A stretch of 63,454 nucleotides of DNA, counting the filler, from Octopus bimaculoides (lineage: Eukaryota): NCBI RefSeq assembly GCF_001194135.2. It is 6 parts of 4 records of this genome, joined end to end, with 100 filler letters (N's around TTAATTAATTAA, not from the genome) between each part and the next. Parts side by side here need not be neighbours in the genome. Positions count along the whole stretch, not along the records: positions 10,224 to 20,812 come from NC_068981.1; positions 20,913 to 25,988 come from NC_068989.1; 4 more parts are not named here. One strand, written 5' to 3'. This document shows positions 12,660 to 23,308 of this stretch, piece by piece (within the stretch, counting starts at the first letter, position 1; the number at the start of each line of letters is the position of its first letter). The notes under the pieces were generated by a model. It did no database searches. It was not told where the DNA came from and worked only from the letters and a program-made list of their open reading frames with translations. Position numbers and translations under genes: made by a program.

Positions 12660-12995
12660 CCGGAGGTTCTCAACCATTTTTTATCTATGGACCCCCTTGA
12701 TTACTATTTTATTCTGGTGGACCCCACTAGACATTTGATGTTTAAAAAATTAGTTTTATAGAAACTTCTTTCAATATTACTATTTTGATTTTCACACATT
12801 AACTTGTATAGGTTAAACTACATAAAATGCTAGAAAAAAAAAACCAAGCTGTTTCTTGAAATAAATACATCTAAAGCAAAAATTTTTCTGGGACCCTTAA
12901 AATACTATTGTGGCTCCCTGACTTATTATTTTGTATAGACTCCACAAAATCTTATATGAACTCTCAGGGGCTATTTGGACTCTAGTTGACACTAT
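12660..12995. mobile_element. hAT-like MITE (degenerate)
   Basis: Left end ccggaggttctcaacc resembles hAT CAGGGGTTCTCAACC termini, with repeated ggacccc motifs; right end is degenerate. Confidence 0.5.
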
Positions 12996-13581
12996 ATAAT
13001 TGTTAACTGAGATTGATTGGAAATTTCCCTAGCAGAAATTATTATTATTATTATTATTTAATGCCATAAAACCAGAATTTTTCATGTCCTTTATGTCTTA
13101 GGAGACATTTTTTTACATTTGCCTTCATCATTAAGGCTATCAGTGTTGGATTTAGACATGGTGAACCTGTTGGCTATATAAAGCTAGGAGACACCATTTA
13201 AAAAATTACACCAGAAGTCTCACATGTAAATTGGGAACATAAATACATTTCAATTATTTTAACCCATATATATCCCTGATTGCGTTTTCACAATGCAAAA
13301 CCTGCTCCCACTTGTGTGGACATGAACTCACTAGGAAGTATCTGACCGAGCATATGAAATGTTCAGTAGGTAGTCAACACCCGTTGCTAACGGTTTCAAA
13401 CTGTCCTTCTCATCAGATTGTGAAAGCTTACAATAATGCTTAATCTAAATACAGTGAAATTTTAAGACTTCATTTTTTTGTGGGCATATATGGGTTAAAA
13501 CTCCCATAAACTGTGAGATTGTAAGCAGTGGTTTGTTTAGCTTATGCCTAAACCTAGCACTGACTGCTATGCTGCTCTTAA

Positions 13582-13802
13582 CCCTTTCGTTACCAACCCG
13601 GCTGAAACCGGCTCTGGCTCTGTAGTACAAATGTCTTGTTTTCATAAGTTTTGAATAAAAATCTTCCACCAAACCTTAGTCACAATTTATGTTCCTAACA
13701 CTAGCTTAATGATAACTAAGTTATTTTACTAAATTCTTTGTTATATTTAAAATAATTAAAAGAAACACAGAGCGTCTCAAAATAAATACAGTAACAAAAG
13801 GG
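13582..13802. mobile_element. piggyBac-type MITE
   Basis: TTAA|CCCTTTCGTTAC...GTAACAAAAGGG|TTAA: TTAA target duplication and 12-bp TIRs with one mismatch. Confidence 0.9.
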
Positions 13803-14694
13803 TTAATAGAGGCACTTGCTTGACTCTGAAAATGCCAGACCACCTCATTGTAAACACAAACTGTGCAGAGGCACAATTCAAAAGTGTAAATACAATTAAC
13901 TTTGCATAACTATTAGCTTTACATTGTATGGACATAGTGGAAAGCCACAAGAAGACCATTAGAGAGAAGCTGTTCTTGCATCACTACATAAAGTAGAAGC
14001 CCTCTAAGATGTTCTCATGTTGTTTCTCTCAATGTTTTTAGAAAGTCTTGCTTCTTTATAATGGTAACCATGTTTGAGCTACATTGGAAAATATAGATCT
14101 TGCTATTGTTAGGGTTTATCCAACAGCTGCATATTGTTGGCTATCTCTGATTAATGATATTCCATCTATAACCATCTTGACTTTTTGTATTTCCTTCTTT
14201 ATTTAAGATGGTAAGATGTGATTTGAGGGAGATTTACCTGCTACTTCTAGTTGGAAAGACTTCATAGAAGTTACTTCATTGGTTTACATTCATCTGTTGT
14301 AGATTGTACTATGTGTTGATGTTCTGGTAGATTCTGGCCAAATTAAATTCATGGCTCAGACTCAATTGGTAAATGGTACTGGTTCATAGTATCAGAGTTG
14401 AGAGTAACACTCCTCCCCTTTACTTATACTACTCCTCAGTCAGATATTGTAAAGTAGATTTGTAGCATAGTAGCAGTAACAAGTCACATACTCAAAGTCA
14501 TTTATTGATCTTTGACTATCATGTAATATCCGTGCTGATCGGTTTTTGACTCAAGCAGAAAGGCTAGTACTTCATACTTTGTCACTGTCACTATGGATCT
14601 GCACTCTCTAAAAACATATGTAATAAAAAAAGAAAGTAAATAGATGAAAATATTATATATTTAAATAAAGCTGATCCATTTGAATTACTTTCAG

Positions 14695-14857
14695 CTGGAT
14701 TCAATACGGGGAATAAGTAATTATACAGTTCTTAAAGTTCTCAAGTGTCATTTAGAAGATGATAATGACAATACTTTGCAAGAGTTTCCTGAAGATCTGA
14801 AATCTTTGCTTCAATGTGAACCCTTCTCAATCAAATCATTGGCTGTCAGTTTGGAAG
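14695..14857 (+). CDS. Formin FH2-domain exon (phase 0/1, 54 aa + 1 nt)
   Basis: Acceptor ttactttcAG and donor GTaagt. LDSIRGISNYTVLKVLKCHLEDDNDNTLQEFPEDLKSLLQCEPFSIKSLAVSLE continues the FH2 pattern L-x3-K...T-LL-x-L...F-P-x-DL; in frame with the previous exon. Confidence 0.88.
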
Positions 14858-14974
14858 GTAAGTTTTTTTCCTTTTTTTTCTTGTCTTTGTTTTGTTCTGT
14901 TGGATTGTTAAATTCAATCAGCTTCTTTTTTTCCCATTTATTTAAATCCTTATTTTTCATATAGTGAATATGCA

Positions 14975-15090
14975 TGTCCAAGTGGTTAGGGTGTTGCTCT
15001 CATGATTGCCAGATTGTGGGTTCAATTCCCAAACCAGGCAGCATATATTCTTGAGCAAAACCTTTCGCATTGCTGTAGTGTTGTGTGGGG
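14975..15090 (+). mobile_element. Degenerate tRNA-derived SINE head
   Basis: agtggttagggtgttgctctcatgattgccagattgtgggttcaattcccaaacc...ttcttgagcaaaac. Confidence 0.6.
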
Positions 15091-15389
15091 ACCTGCATGT
15101 GTCAGAATAGACCTGGTGTTTCCTCTGCATGTAATAAAAGGTGACTAAAAGAGGCTGAGGTTGTAAGATTTGTACTATAAACCCATAAAACACTCACCAG
15201 CAAAGACTACCCCAAACAGACCCATAACCTGGAAGGTTGTTGCCTGAGTGGTGCAAAAGTGCCATCTGCTAGGAGTAGGGAATCACTAGCAAATGGTGGA
15301 TGCTGCAGCACAGTGTTACAGCACATGACCCCCATGCTGCTGCTGCTGCTACTACTTCTGCTATTACTACTTATTTTCCATCACCAATT

Positions 15390-16440
15390 TTAACAAATTA
15401 GCCCATAATATATTCTCCTTCATTGTTTATGACATCTTGTCAGTGATCCACTAACTTGTCAACGTCTTGGTACTAGAAATCACTGGATCTTGACTCAGGA
15501 ATTCATCTAGCCATGTTTACAACTCTGTGTTGTTGTTGAATGAAAAGCCTCAGACTATTGAAGAGTGACTTAGAACTGATAATCTGAAAGTGCTATATAA
15601 GGAGAATATGATGGGTGTAGATAAAACTTCCAATATAAGCTCTTGAATAATATAATTGCTCAAATTAGCAATGTGGTGGTAAACGTCATGTTGAAGAAGC
15701 ATATCATGTCACCAATTGGGTCATTTCAGATATATTGCCTCAATGAGCCAATACATTTGCAGGTATAAAATTCTGCGTTTACTGTGTGGTTATTTTCAAG
15801 TTCCTAATTCCACCAAATGCAGATCATTTTCTTGTATGGATACAATTATGGTTTGCTTTGAGGTGCTACTTACTTTCTAGGATTCTTCCCTCTGCTTCAT
15901 ATTTATGTAAAGCCCTTATTTTCATTGCTAGTGAGGATGTAAAAAAAAAATCTCCGTTTGTAAACATGACTAACCTGGTGTTGAGCAAGAAACTGAAGGT
16001 GATAGAGGAGTGCTGGAGTTTGTCTCTTTAGTTCCAAGCTTGTGTCACCCATGCACTGTGTTTTTGGATTTTACCCATCAAATGAAGTTGATAGGTGATA
16101 TTATCATAAGAACATCCTATCTATTGGATCAGTTCCTTAGTGGATTGGCATGGAACCTCATGGATAAGCTGGTTCATTGACACCTCATTGAACTGAACAA
16201 GTCAGCCAGAATGCAGAAAATCTGTGATGTTGAATTTCTACTCCTTGAAACATGAAAAAACATTTCTATACATTTCTTTCAGTGTTTGCATCTTATCTGT
16301 ACGTAGTACAAGCATCTTGAGTGGCTTTGACAGTTTTGGAACTTTGATTGAAAGCAAAGGGAAGTCCTACACTGCAGATATCAACAACCATCACCAAATT
16401 CCGAACCACATGAAGCCACTGTTCACATAGTGTTCTTGGT
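15390..16440 (-). mobile_element. Near full-length mariner transposase relic, antisense in a formin intron
   Basis: Minus-strand remnants in the expected order: FAFNQSSKTVKATQ (HTH), SAWVTQ (WVP motif), KKMICIWW, LLQHDVYHH, SPYIALSDY (YSPDLAPSDY motif), INNEGEYI; many stops. Confidence 0.8.
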
Positions 16441-17334
16441 TAGGAATCAAAACCTGAAACAATACACACTTCTGTGCTAGAAACAAAGTTTAACTTCATT
16501 GTCAAAAGGCTTCCTATTTACTCCATATATGTTATTTTTTGCATTGTATCAAGTAATTTTCTTCAGATTTTTTCTTCCTTCGATTTTCAAGCTTAATGAT
16601 AGTTAATACCTCGTTAGAATTTTGTCATATTAGTTATTTATAAATATTCATTTATCAATGATTAAATTAGGAATCAATATTTTGTAAATATATTAGAAAA
16701 TATTTACATTTTGGCCAACACTCTAAGTCTGCTGCTGGTTCCATTGCATGTAGTGTAAGAATGAATGAGAATATCAAAATGAAAGTTCTTGTGTTAAAAT
16801 CTACTACAAGCATTTCAGTTTTGTATTTAGGCAAAATGCCTCATTCTAGATGCTCCATTTATCTTAGTTTTTACAGATGGACATCAGCACTTTTGTGTAT
16901 GTTGTATGTGATAAATTTCTATGTGCTATGGTTTGCAACATAATTTCCTTCCTACACTAATCACTGCCAGATCTCTTATCCCAACTCAAATCTACAATTC
17001 CAGATGATTTATTCTGGATGTACTTTGATGTATAAACAGGCTGACTAAAAGGAAACCATGCATGGTTTTAACTGTACTGAAGCTGAATGAGACCTAACTC
17101 AGGCAAAATTATTTGTTGTTTGTGAGCCTCATATGATTTCTCTGAAAATTGTAATTCTGAAATTGATTTAGAGCTTAGCTAGAATATATTCTTACATGTC
17201 CTGTAAATTCACTGTCATCAATTCACCACAAGGTAAATTCACCATCATCAATTCACTGTTTTCTTTTTTTGTTTTTTTTTTCCTATAAAATAGTTTTTAA
17301 CTATTACTGGTGAGATGTTATGAATATATTTTCT

Positions 17335-17570
17335 CAGTGAAATTTCCTCACAGTATGCCATGCATGAGAAGACTCATCAAGTCAAGTGAAATCGTAGTTG
17401 TGGATGATGCTGGCACCCATGCCAGTGTCACACAAAAGACACCTGTGCCAGTGGCACATAAAAGGTACCCATTACACACTTGGAGTGGTTGGCATTAGGA
17501 AAGGCATCCAGCTGTAGAAACCATGCCAGCAAGGAAAGCAGACACTAAATGATGATGATGATGATGAATC
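17335..17570 (+). mobile_element. RTE-LINE 3' end fragment
   Basis: YAMHEKTHQVK* followed by the shared 3' UTR and a (GAT)n tail. Confidence 0.65.
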
Positions 17571-18052
17571 AAATATGAACAAAGGGATGGCTGTAGGAAT
17601 AGTAAAGAAGTTTGCTTTCCTTTCACGTCTCCATGCATTATCACATTATTACCTTGGGCAAGTAACTTCTACCTTGGCTTTAGGTTGACCCAAATCCTGA
17701 GAGTAAAAGGGAGCCAATAGAAATTGAGTGGAAACCCCCCACAAAAGGCCAGTACCTACTCTTGTGTAGTAAACTTTTTTAACATCACCATTTGACCCTT
17801 GGGTACCTTTTGTAGTCTCCACTCTGTTGCAAGTACTTGTACCAGATCTCCTAACTCATGATATCATAATGTCTGTCACTTATCATTTTTTCCACTCTTT
17901 CTCTGCTGCCAATCTAGGGAAACCCTGTAAAATGTCATGACCATTACCCTTCATCCTCTGAGTAACCTATCAAAGACAAAAAGTAATAATTTATATCTTT
18001 AGATCTCAATTAGAATAACAACATATAATATACCTGATTTGTTTTTCAATAG

Positions 18053-18156
18053 TCTGGAAACAAACAATGGCAAATATAAAAAATTTGCTCGCATCGATTG
18101 AAAAGAGAATGAAAAGATATTCAGAAACAGATGCCAAATTCTTTGCAGATGTCAAG
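18053..18156 (+). CDS. Formin FH2-domain exon (phase 1/0, 35 aa with split codon)
   Basis: Acceptor ttgtttttcaatAG and donor AAG|GTaaac. (V)WKQTMANIKNLLASIEKRMKRYSETDAKFFADVK; phase matches the upstream exon and the end resembles the FH2 D-K-F helix. Confidence 0.8.
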
Positions 18157-18219
18157 GTAAACTGACATGAATTGTGTTTTCATATACTTTGCTTGTGTTG
18201 TTTGTGATGTTCTTTTATT

Positions 18220-18590
18220 CTTTTATTTGTTTCAGCCATTTGACTGCAGCCATGCTGGAGTACCACCTTTAGTTGAAGAAATCAACCCCAGGACTTATTC
18301 TTTGTAAGCCTAGTACTTGTTGTATCGGTCTCTTTTGCCGAACTGCTAAGTTACGGGGACATAAACACACCAACATCGGTTGTCAAGCGATGGTATGGGA
18401 GCAAACACAGACACAAATGCATGCATACATATGTATGTATATATATGACAGGTTTCTTTTAGTTTCCATCTTCCAAATCCACTCATAAGGTTTTGCTCAG
18501 CCTAAGGCTATAGTAGAAGACACTTGCCCAAGCTGCCTTGCAGTGGAACTGAACCTGGAACCATGTGGTTGGGAAGTCACTCCCATACCT
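18220..18590 (-). mobile_element. SINE family A, CpG-decayed copy
   Basis: cagccatttgactgcagccatgctggagtaccacctttagttgaag... through aaccatgtggttgggaag. Confidence 0.85.
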
Positions 18591-19134
18591 CCTGTTATCT
18601 ATGTCTTTGTAACCTAAGAATTCAGAATTTTCATTCCAGCTTTAGAAAGCATTCTATAGTAGTCTGTAGAGCTTGGTGCAGTCTTCTAACTTACCAGATC
18701 CTGTCAACCAATCCAACCCATGCCAGTATGGAAAATGGATATTAAATGATAATGAAGATGATGATGATGTAAAGTAATGTGGCTGCTTTGAGTACATTTG
18801 AGCTATTAAATAAGACATGTTATTCTACTTAATTATTAATTTATGGGTTCATAATGGCACAACCAAACCTGCACTGTTATTGATTAGCTCCAAGTCAGTT
18901 ATGACTGAACAAATCTATGATAGAGGATTTCCTGGCCACAACCATCTCATCTTGTTTTATGAATAGTATTTCATGTATTACATCATTTAATATCATTATT
19001 CCATGTAATTGAATCTGCTGGAATGGATTGAGTATGAATATACAAATCTTCATTTCATATCTTGCTGTACTCAGTGTAAATAATGATTTTTATTGGTTGA
19101 CAGATATAAGCATTGATCAACAAAACAGTTTTGT

Positions 19135-19540
19135 TTGCTGTGCCAAGTCATGGCCAATGCCAATGTTAAGTTGTGGCCAATGCTAGTGTCACGTAACTGG
19201 CACCCTTGCCTGTAGCATGTAAAAAGTACCCTTCGATCTTTGGGCCTCACTGAGGTAGTGACAAGTGAATGAGACCTTTGGCAATATACCATGCTTGAGA
19301 AAATCTGTCAAGCCAAGTGAGATCACAGTCATGGCCGATGCCAGTGTTTTGTAACTGGCACCCGTACCAGTGGCATGTAAAAGGCACCCACTATACTTTT
19401 GGTGTGGTTGGTGTTAAGGACATACAGCTGTAGAAACCATGCCAAATTAGATTGGAACTTAGTGCAGCTCCCCAGCTTACTTCAGTCAAACTGTCCAATA
19501 CATGCCAGCATGGAAAATGGATGTTAAATGATGATGAAAT
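19135..19540 (+). mobile_element. RTE-LINE 3' end fragment
   Basis: GLTEVVTSE*DLWQYTMLEK remnant, then the shared 3' UTR ending ggatgttaaatgatgatga. Confidence 0.7.
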
Positions 19541-20214
19541 TATTAAACACAGCCAATGGCTTGTTTAAATGATGGTTTGGGTACCTCTGACTGACAAGAC
19601 ACATGTTAAAACACCAGAGTCTCAGAATCCCTTACACCAATGAACCAAGTGTGTTATGAACATACTGTCATCATAAAAGAGAGAAATTCTTCTCCTGTAA
19701 TATACACAACAATTAGCATGTTTATGTTTGAATCTGCCCAAACACATTAAGAATGAATATGCAAATAATTTTGTTTTTATTATTAAGTATGTTCTTTACT
19801 TTTTCTAAGATGGTAGAATTTGATTTGAGAGAGATATGGTTGATAGTTCTAACAGGTTGAGCAATCATGTAGAAGACTTTTAATCTTTTAATAACTCGTT
19901 TTATTTTTTTTAATTGTAACCTGAGTTGAAAGTGTCTATAAATTCTACACTTGTAGAGAATTTTCAAAGATAGCAATAATAATATCATTTACATATCATT
20001 TTCCTATATTTTTCTTGTAACTAGAGAAAACGGGTCTTTTGCAATTTTACTGATGCAATAATCCAATTGTAGTTAGATAGCACATGGCTTGTGAGAACAA
20101 GTACAAAATAGGACAGTAGTTCAAGCACAGCGTATAACGGATTTTCATTTATAACATCAGTCAAACCAACGTTTACATAAATGTGTTGTGGAAAATGTAC
20201 ATACATATAGAACA

Positions 20215-20369
20215 GACAAGGCTGTGTGGTTAAGATGTTTGCTTCCCAACCATGTGGTCTTGGGTTCAGTCCTACCATGCATCACCTTGGGCAAATGTCT
20301 TCTTCTATATCCTTGGGTCAAACAAAGCCTTGTGAATGGATTTAGTAAATGGAAACTGAAAGTATGTCA

Positions 20370-20370
<1 letters not shown>
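20215..20370 (+). mobile_element. SINE family A 5' head
   Basis: ggctgtgtggttaagatgtttgcttcccaaccatgtggtcttgggttcagtcc...aaagccttgtgaatggattt. Confidence 0.8.
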
Positions 20371-20435
<65 letters not shown>

Positions 20436-20552
20436 TTACAATTAATCAGAGAAATCCAAGGGAACAATTACAATGTAGGTAAAAGTTGCTTAGGTGTCCC
20501 ATCTTAATAATGGGCAACAGTGCACCAATCTCTTCAGGAGGTTTGATTATTA

Positions 20553-20604
20553 TTTATCCTGACGGACATTTTGGAGTGCACTCGTCGAAACATATGTAGA
20601 GGAC
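20553..20604 (+). ncRNA. Degenerate minimal type I hammerhead ribozyme-like motif, probably in a Penelope pseudo-LTR relic
   Basis: CTGACG[A9 missing]-GAC..GAGTGCACTC-GTC-GAAA-CATATG-TA: stem II GAC/GTC, palindromic stem III ACATATGT, GUA cleavage triplet; stem I poorly paired. Confidence 0.45.
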
Positions 20605-20912
20605 TTCATGATATAAATAGATTAACAACATCTCGAGCGTTTGTTTCCTTTTTATAGTCTAATATATATATATGTATATATATATGTATATATATATATA
20701 TATATATACATAATATATGTATATATATATATCATGGGGATGTACTTGCATAGCAAGTGACCTGATCAGAGATTGTGTGCTGAAACAAAAACAGTTGCAG
20801 CATGGAAGGTGTNNNNNNNNNNNNNNNNNNNNNNNNNNNNNNNNNNNNNNNNNNNNTTAATTAATTAANNNNNNNNNNNNNNNNNNNNNNNNNNNNNNNN
20901 NNNNNNNNNNNN

Positions 20913-20950
<38 letters not shown>

Positions 20951-21344
20951 TTTTTTTCTTTTACTTGTTTCAGTCATCGGAACCATGTGGTTGGTAAGCA
21001 AGCTACTTACCACACACCCACTCCTGCTCTATTCTTTTATTATTTTTTTCGTTAATTTGAATGTTTTTGTAAGTTCTACACAGAGGATTTTAATAATAAT
21101 TTGTACCGAATGGGTATTTTCTACAAAGACTTTTCTAGACATATTTTTTATACTTTTCTATAGATTGACTCTAAAATTTCTCGCTAAATTGTTTTCGGTG
21201 TGAAGTGAATGACTTAGCCAGCGTGTAAATACAGGACTGAAATATCAGCTTTCTACAGCCGGGGAACATGACAACTTTGATTGCTAGTTTTATATGTGTA
21301 TGTACTCCTGTAGTTGTAATGTTTTTTTTTCCTTTATTTTTGTT

Positions 21345-21830
21345 TATTTAGGTTTATTAAGAAACATTTCTCATGGACCCAGCAGACAAAAAGGGAAAGG
21401 TTTTGCCCAGGAGATTGTTGAGGGAGATCTGCCTCACGAGGATCGCACTTGCGAACAACCATCTCCGCCCGATTTCATCCGGGGACCAAGAACGCCTGAG
21501 GGTACCACTGCCACAGGCTCAACCATAAACCTTGAATGTTTTCTTTTCTCAGCCTGATGAGCAGCAGAGCCTGGGTTGGTAGCTGGCTATACCAAGCTGT
21601 CGCTGGAGCAAGTGTCACACCATGTAGCATCCTAGATGAAGAACCTACTACGAGTGAACGGGAAAGTTGTCATACCATCCGACATTTTACCATCCCCTCG
21701 GTCTAGTCTAGTTGGCTCGAGCTGGGAAGGGAAGTTTTATGATCTTAAGGAATGTGTAGCGAGGAAGGTGGCCAGCACCATGACGGCATGAAAACGAGAA
21801 GCTTGAGAAGCGATTCATACAAATTCCAGT
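21345..21830 (-). mobile_element. CRE-clade non-LTR retrotransposon 3' relic (RLE domain)
   Basis: SCRHGAGHLPR...EPTRLDRGDGKMSDGMTTFPFTRSRFFI*DATWCDT...AAHQAEKRKH...EPVAV...DPREA, matching the EP-LDRGDGKRPDG-T..WDAT..DT signature. Confidence 0.8.
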
Positions 21831-21879
21831 TTCAATATATGTGTGCCTCTCTGAGTACTTGTGTATGTATGTATGTATG

Positions 21880-22260
21880 TATGTATGTATGTATGGTTTT
21901 CTTCTATTTTTATTTCAAATCTCCCAATCACAAAGATACAAAACTTTGTCTTATGAATGTAGGTAAAAATAAATTCACATTTTGAACTTGGGAAAAATTT
22001 TGCTTACAGAACGTGTTTGAAATGTGTGTTCCAGCAGGTTGATTTCTTTCCCTGAAAATACCAGCCAACTAGATTGTCACTTAAGCATTTATTCACAAAA
22101 TCAAATGCACCAATTATTGTTGATATAAGTATGCATTTATATTCTGGGTATAGAACATGTATATTTCGAATCAGTTGCTCGTAGTTATCCCATTTCTCTT
22201 TGATCTTCGTAGAAATATTCACATCAGAAGGGCAGCTGACTCCTATGATGGTGCATACTC
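21880..22260 (-). mobile_element. R4/Dong-like RLE LINE, 5'-truncated 3' end (copy 1)
   Basis: CTIIGVSCPSDVNISTKIKEKWDNYEQLIRNIHVLYPEYKCILISTIIGA..., then a 3' UTR running into (CATA)n. Confidence 0.8.
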
Positions 22261-22304
22261 GATATATATGAGTATATATGTATGTATGTATGTATGTATA
22301 TATG

Positions 22305-22540
22305 TTATTTCTTTACTACTCACAAGGGGCTACACACAGAGGGGACAAACAAGGACAGACAAACGGATTAAGTCGATTATATCGACCCCAGTGCGTAACT
22401 GGTACTTATTTAAACGACCCCGAAAGGATGAAAGGCAAAGTCGACCTCGGCGGAATTTGAACTCAGAACGTAGCGACAGTCGAAATACCGCTAAGCATAT
22501 CGCCTGGCGTGCTAACGTTTCTGCCAGCTCGTCGCCTTTA
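22305..22540 (-). mobile_element. tRNA-like SINE (family D here), CpG-intact
   Basis: Minus strand aaggcgacgagctggcagaaacgttagcacgccagg...gagttcaaattccgccgaggtcgactttgcctttcatcc; homologous to 30322, 33815, 36985 and 54595. Confidence 0.85.
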
Positions 22541-22619
22541 TGTATGCATATATGTATGCATATATGTATGGATGGATGGATGGATGGATGGATGGATGGA
22601 TGGATGCATGCATGCATTT

Positions 22620-23232
22620 ATGTCTTTTCTATTTTTTGATTATTATAAAACTTCCACTGAGGAGGGAGCCGCTTTCCAACAAAGATACAAGGTTCCATCT
22701 TTGCGATGTAGTTAACACAGAGAAATTCACATTTGGAACTTGAGAAAAGTCTTGCATATTTTTACTGTTCTACTCACAGATTGCACTCGTAATGTACGAA
22801 TCAGCCGGTTGATTTCTCTTTCTGAAAATCTCAGTTTATCCAGATTCTCCTTTAAGCATTCACTAACAAAACCTAGTGCTATAATTATTATTGATATGAA
22901 TATGAATTCATAGTCTGGATACAGAAGCTGGAAGCTTCGAAGCAGTTGTCCATAGATATCCTCTTCTTTTTTTTTTTCTTTGATTTTCAAAGCGATGTTT
23001 ATATCTGCAGAGCCGTTAACCTCTATTATGGTACACACCTTTGCCCTTTTGTCCCAAGCAACAATATCCGGGCTGTTATGTTTACATTTGACAGAAATTT
23101 TGATGGGAATATTCCACCAGTATTCCTTGAGTTGGTGTTTATGAATGTACTCCCTAACAGAGGGATTTTCTAAGTTTATTTCAGGACAATCTTTCTTGCG
23201 GACAGTAAACTGTTTAGCAACAACATCGTGTA
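22620..23232 (-). mobile_element. R4/Dong-like RLE LINE, 5'-truncated 3' end (copy 2)
   Basis: HDVVAKQF...EYWWNIPIKISVKCKHNSPDIVAWDKRAKVCTIIEV...LYPDYEFIF...TVKICKTFLKFQM*, with a PD-(D/E) restriction-like endonuclease motif. Confidence 0.85.
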
Positions 23233-23245
23233 TGTATGTATGTAA

Positions 23246-23308
<63 letters not shown>

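Noticed and set aside
13374-13435. STPVANGFKLSF, resembling the FH2 A-x-GFKL motif
   Set aside because: Bounded by stops with no phase-compatible splice sites; the true motif is in exon 10910-11068.
21294-21557. Plus-strand ORFs (MDPADKKGKVLPRR...; GLLRNISHGP...) with a good acceptor
   Set aside because: They are the antisense of a clear CRE retrotransposon relic.
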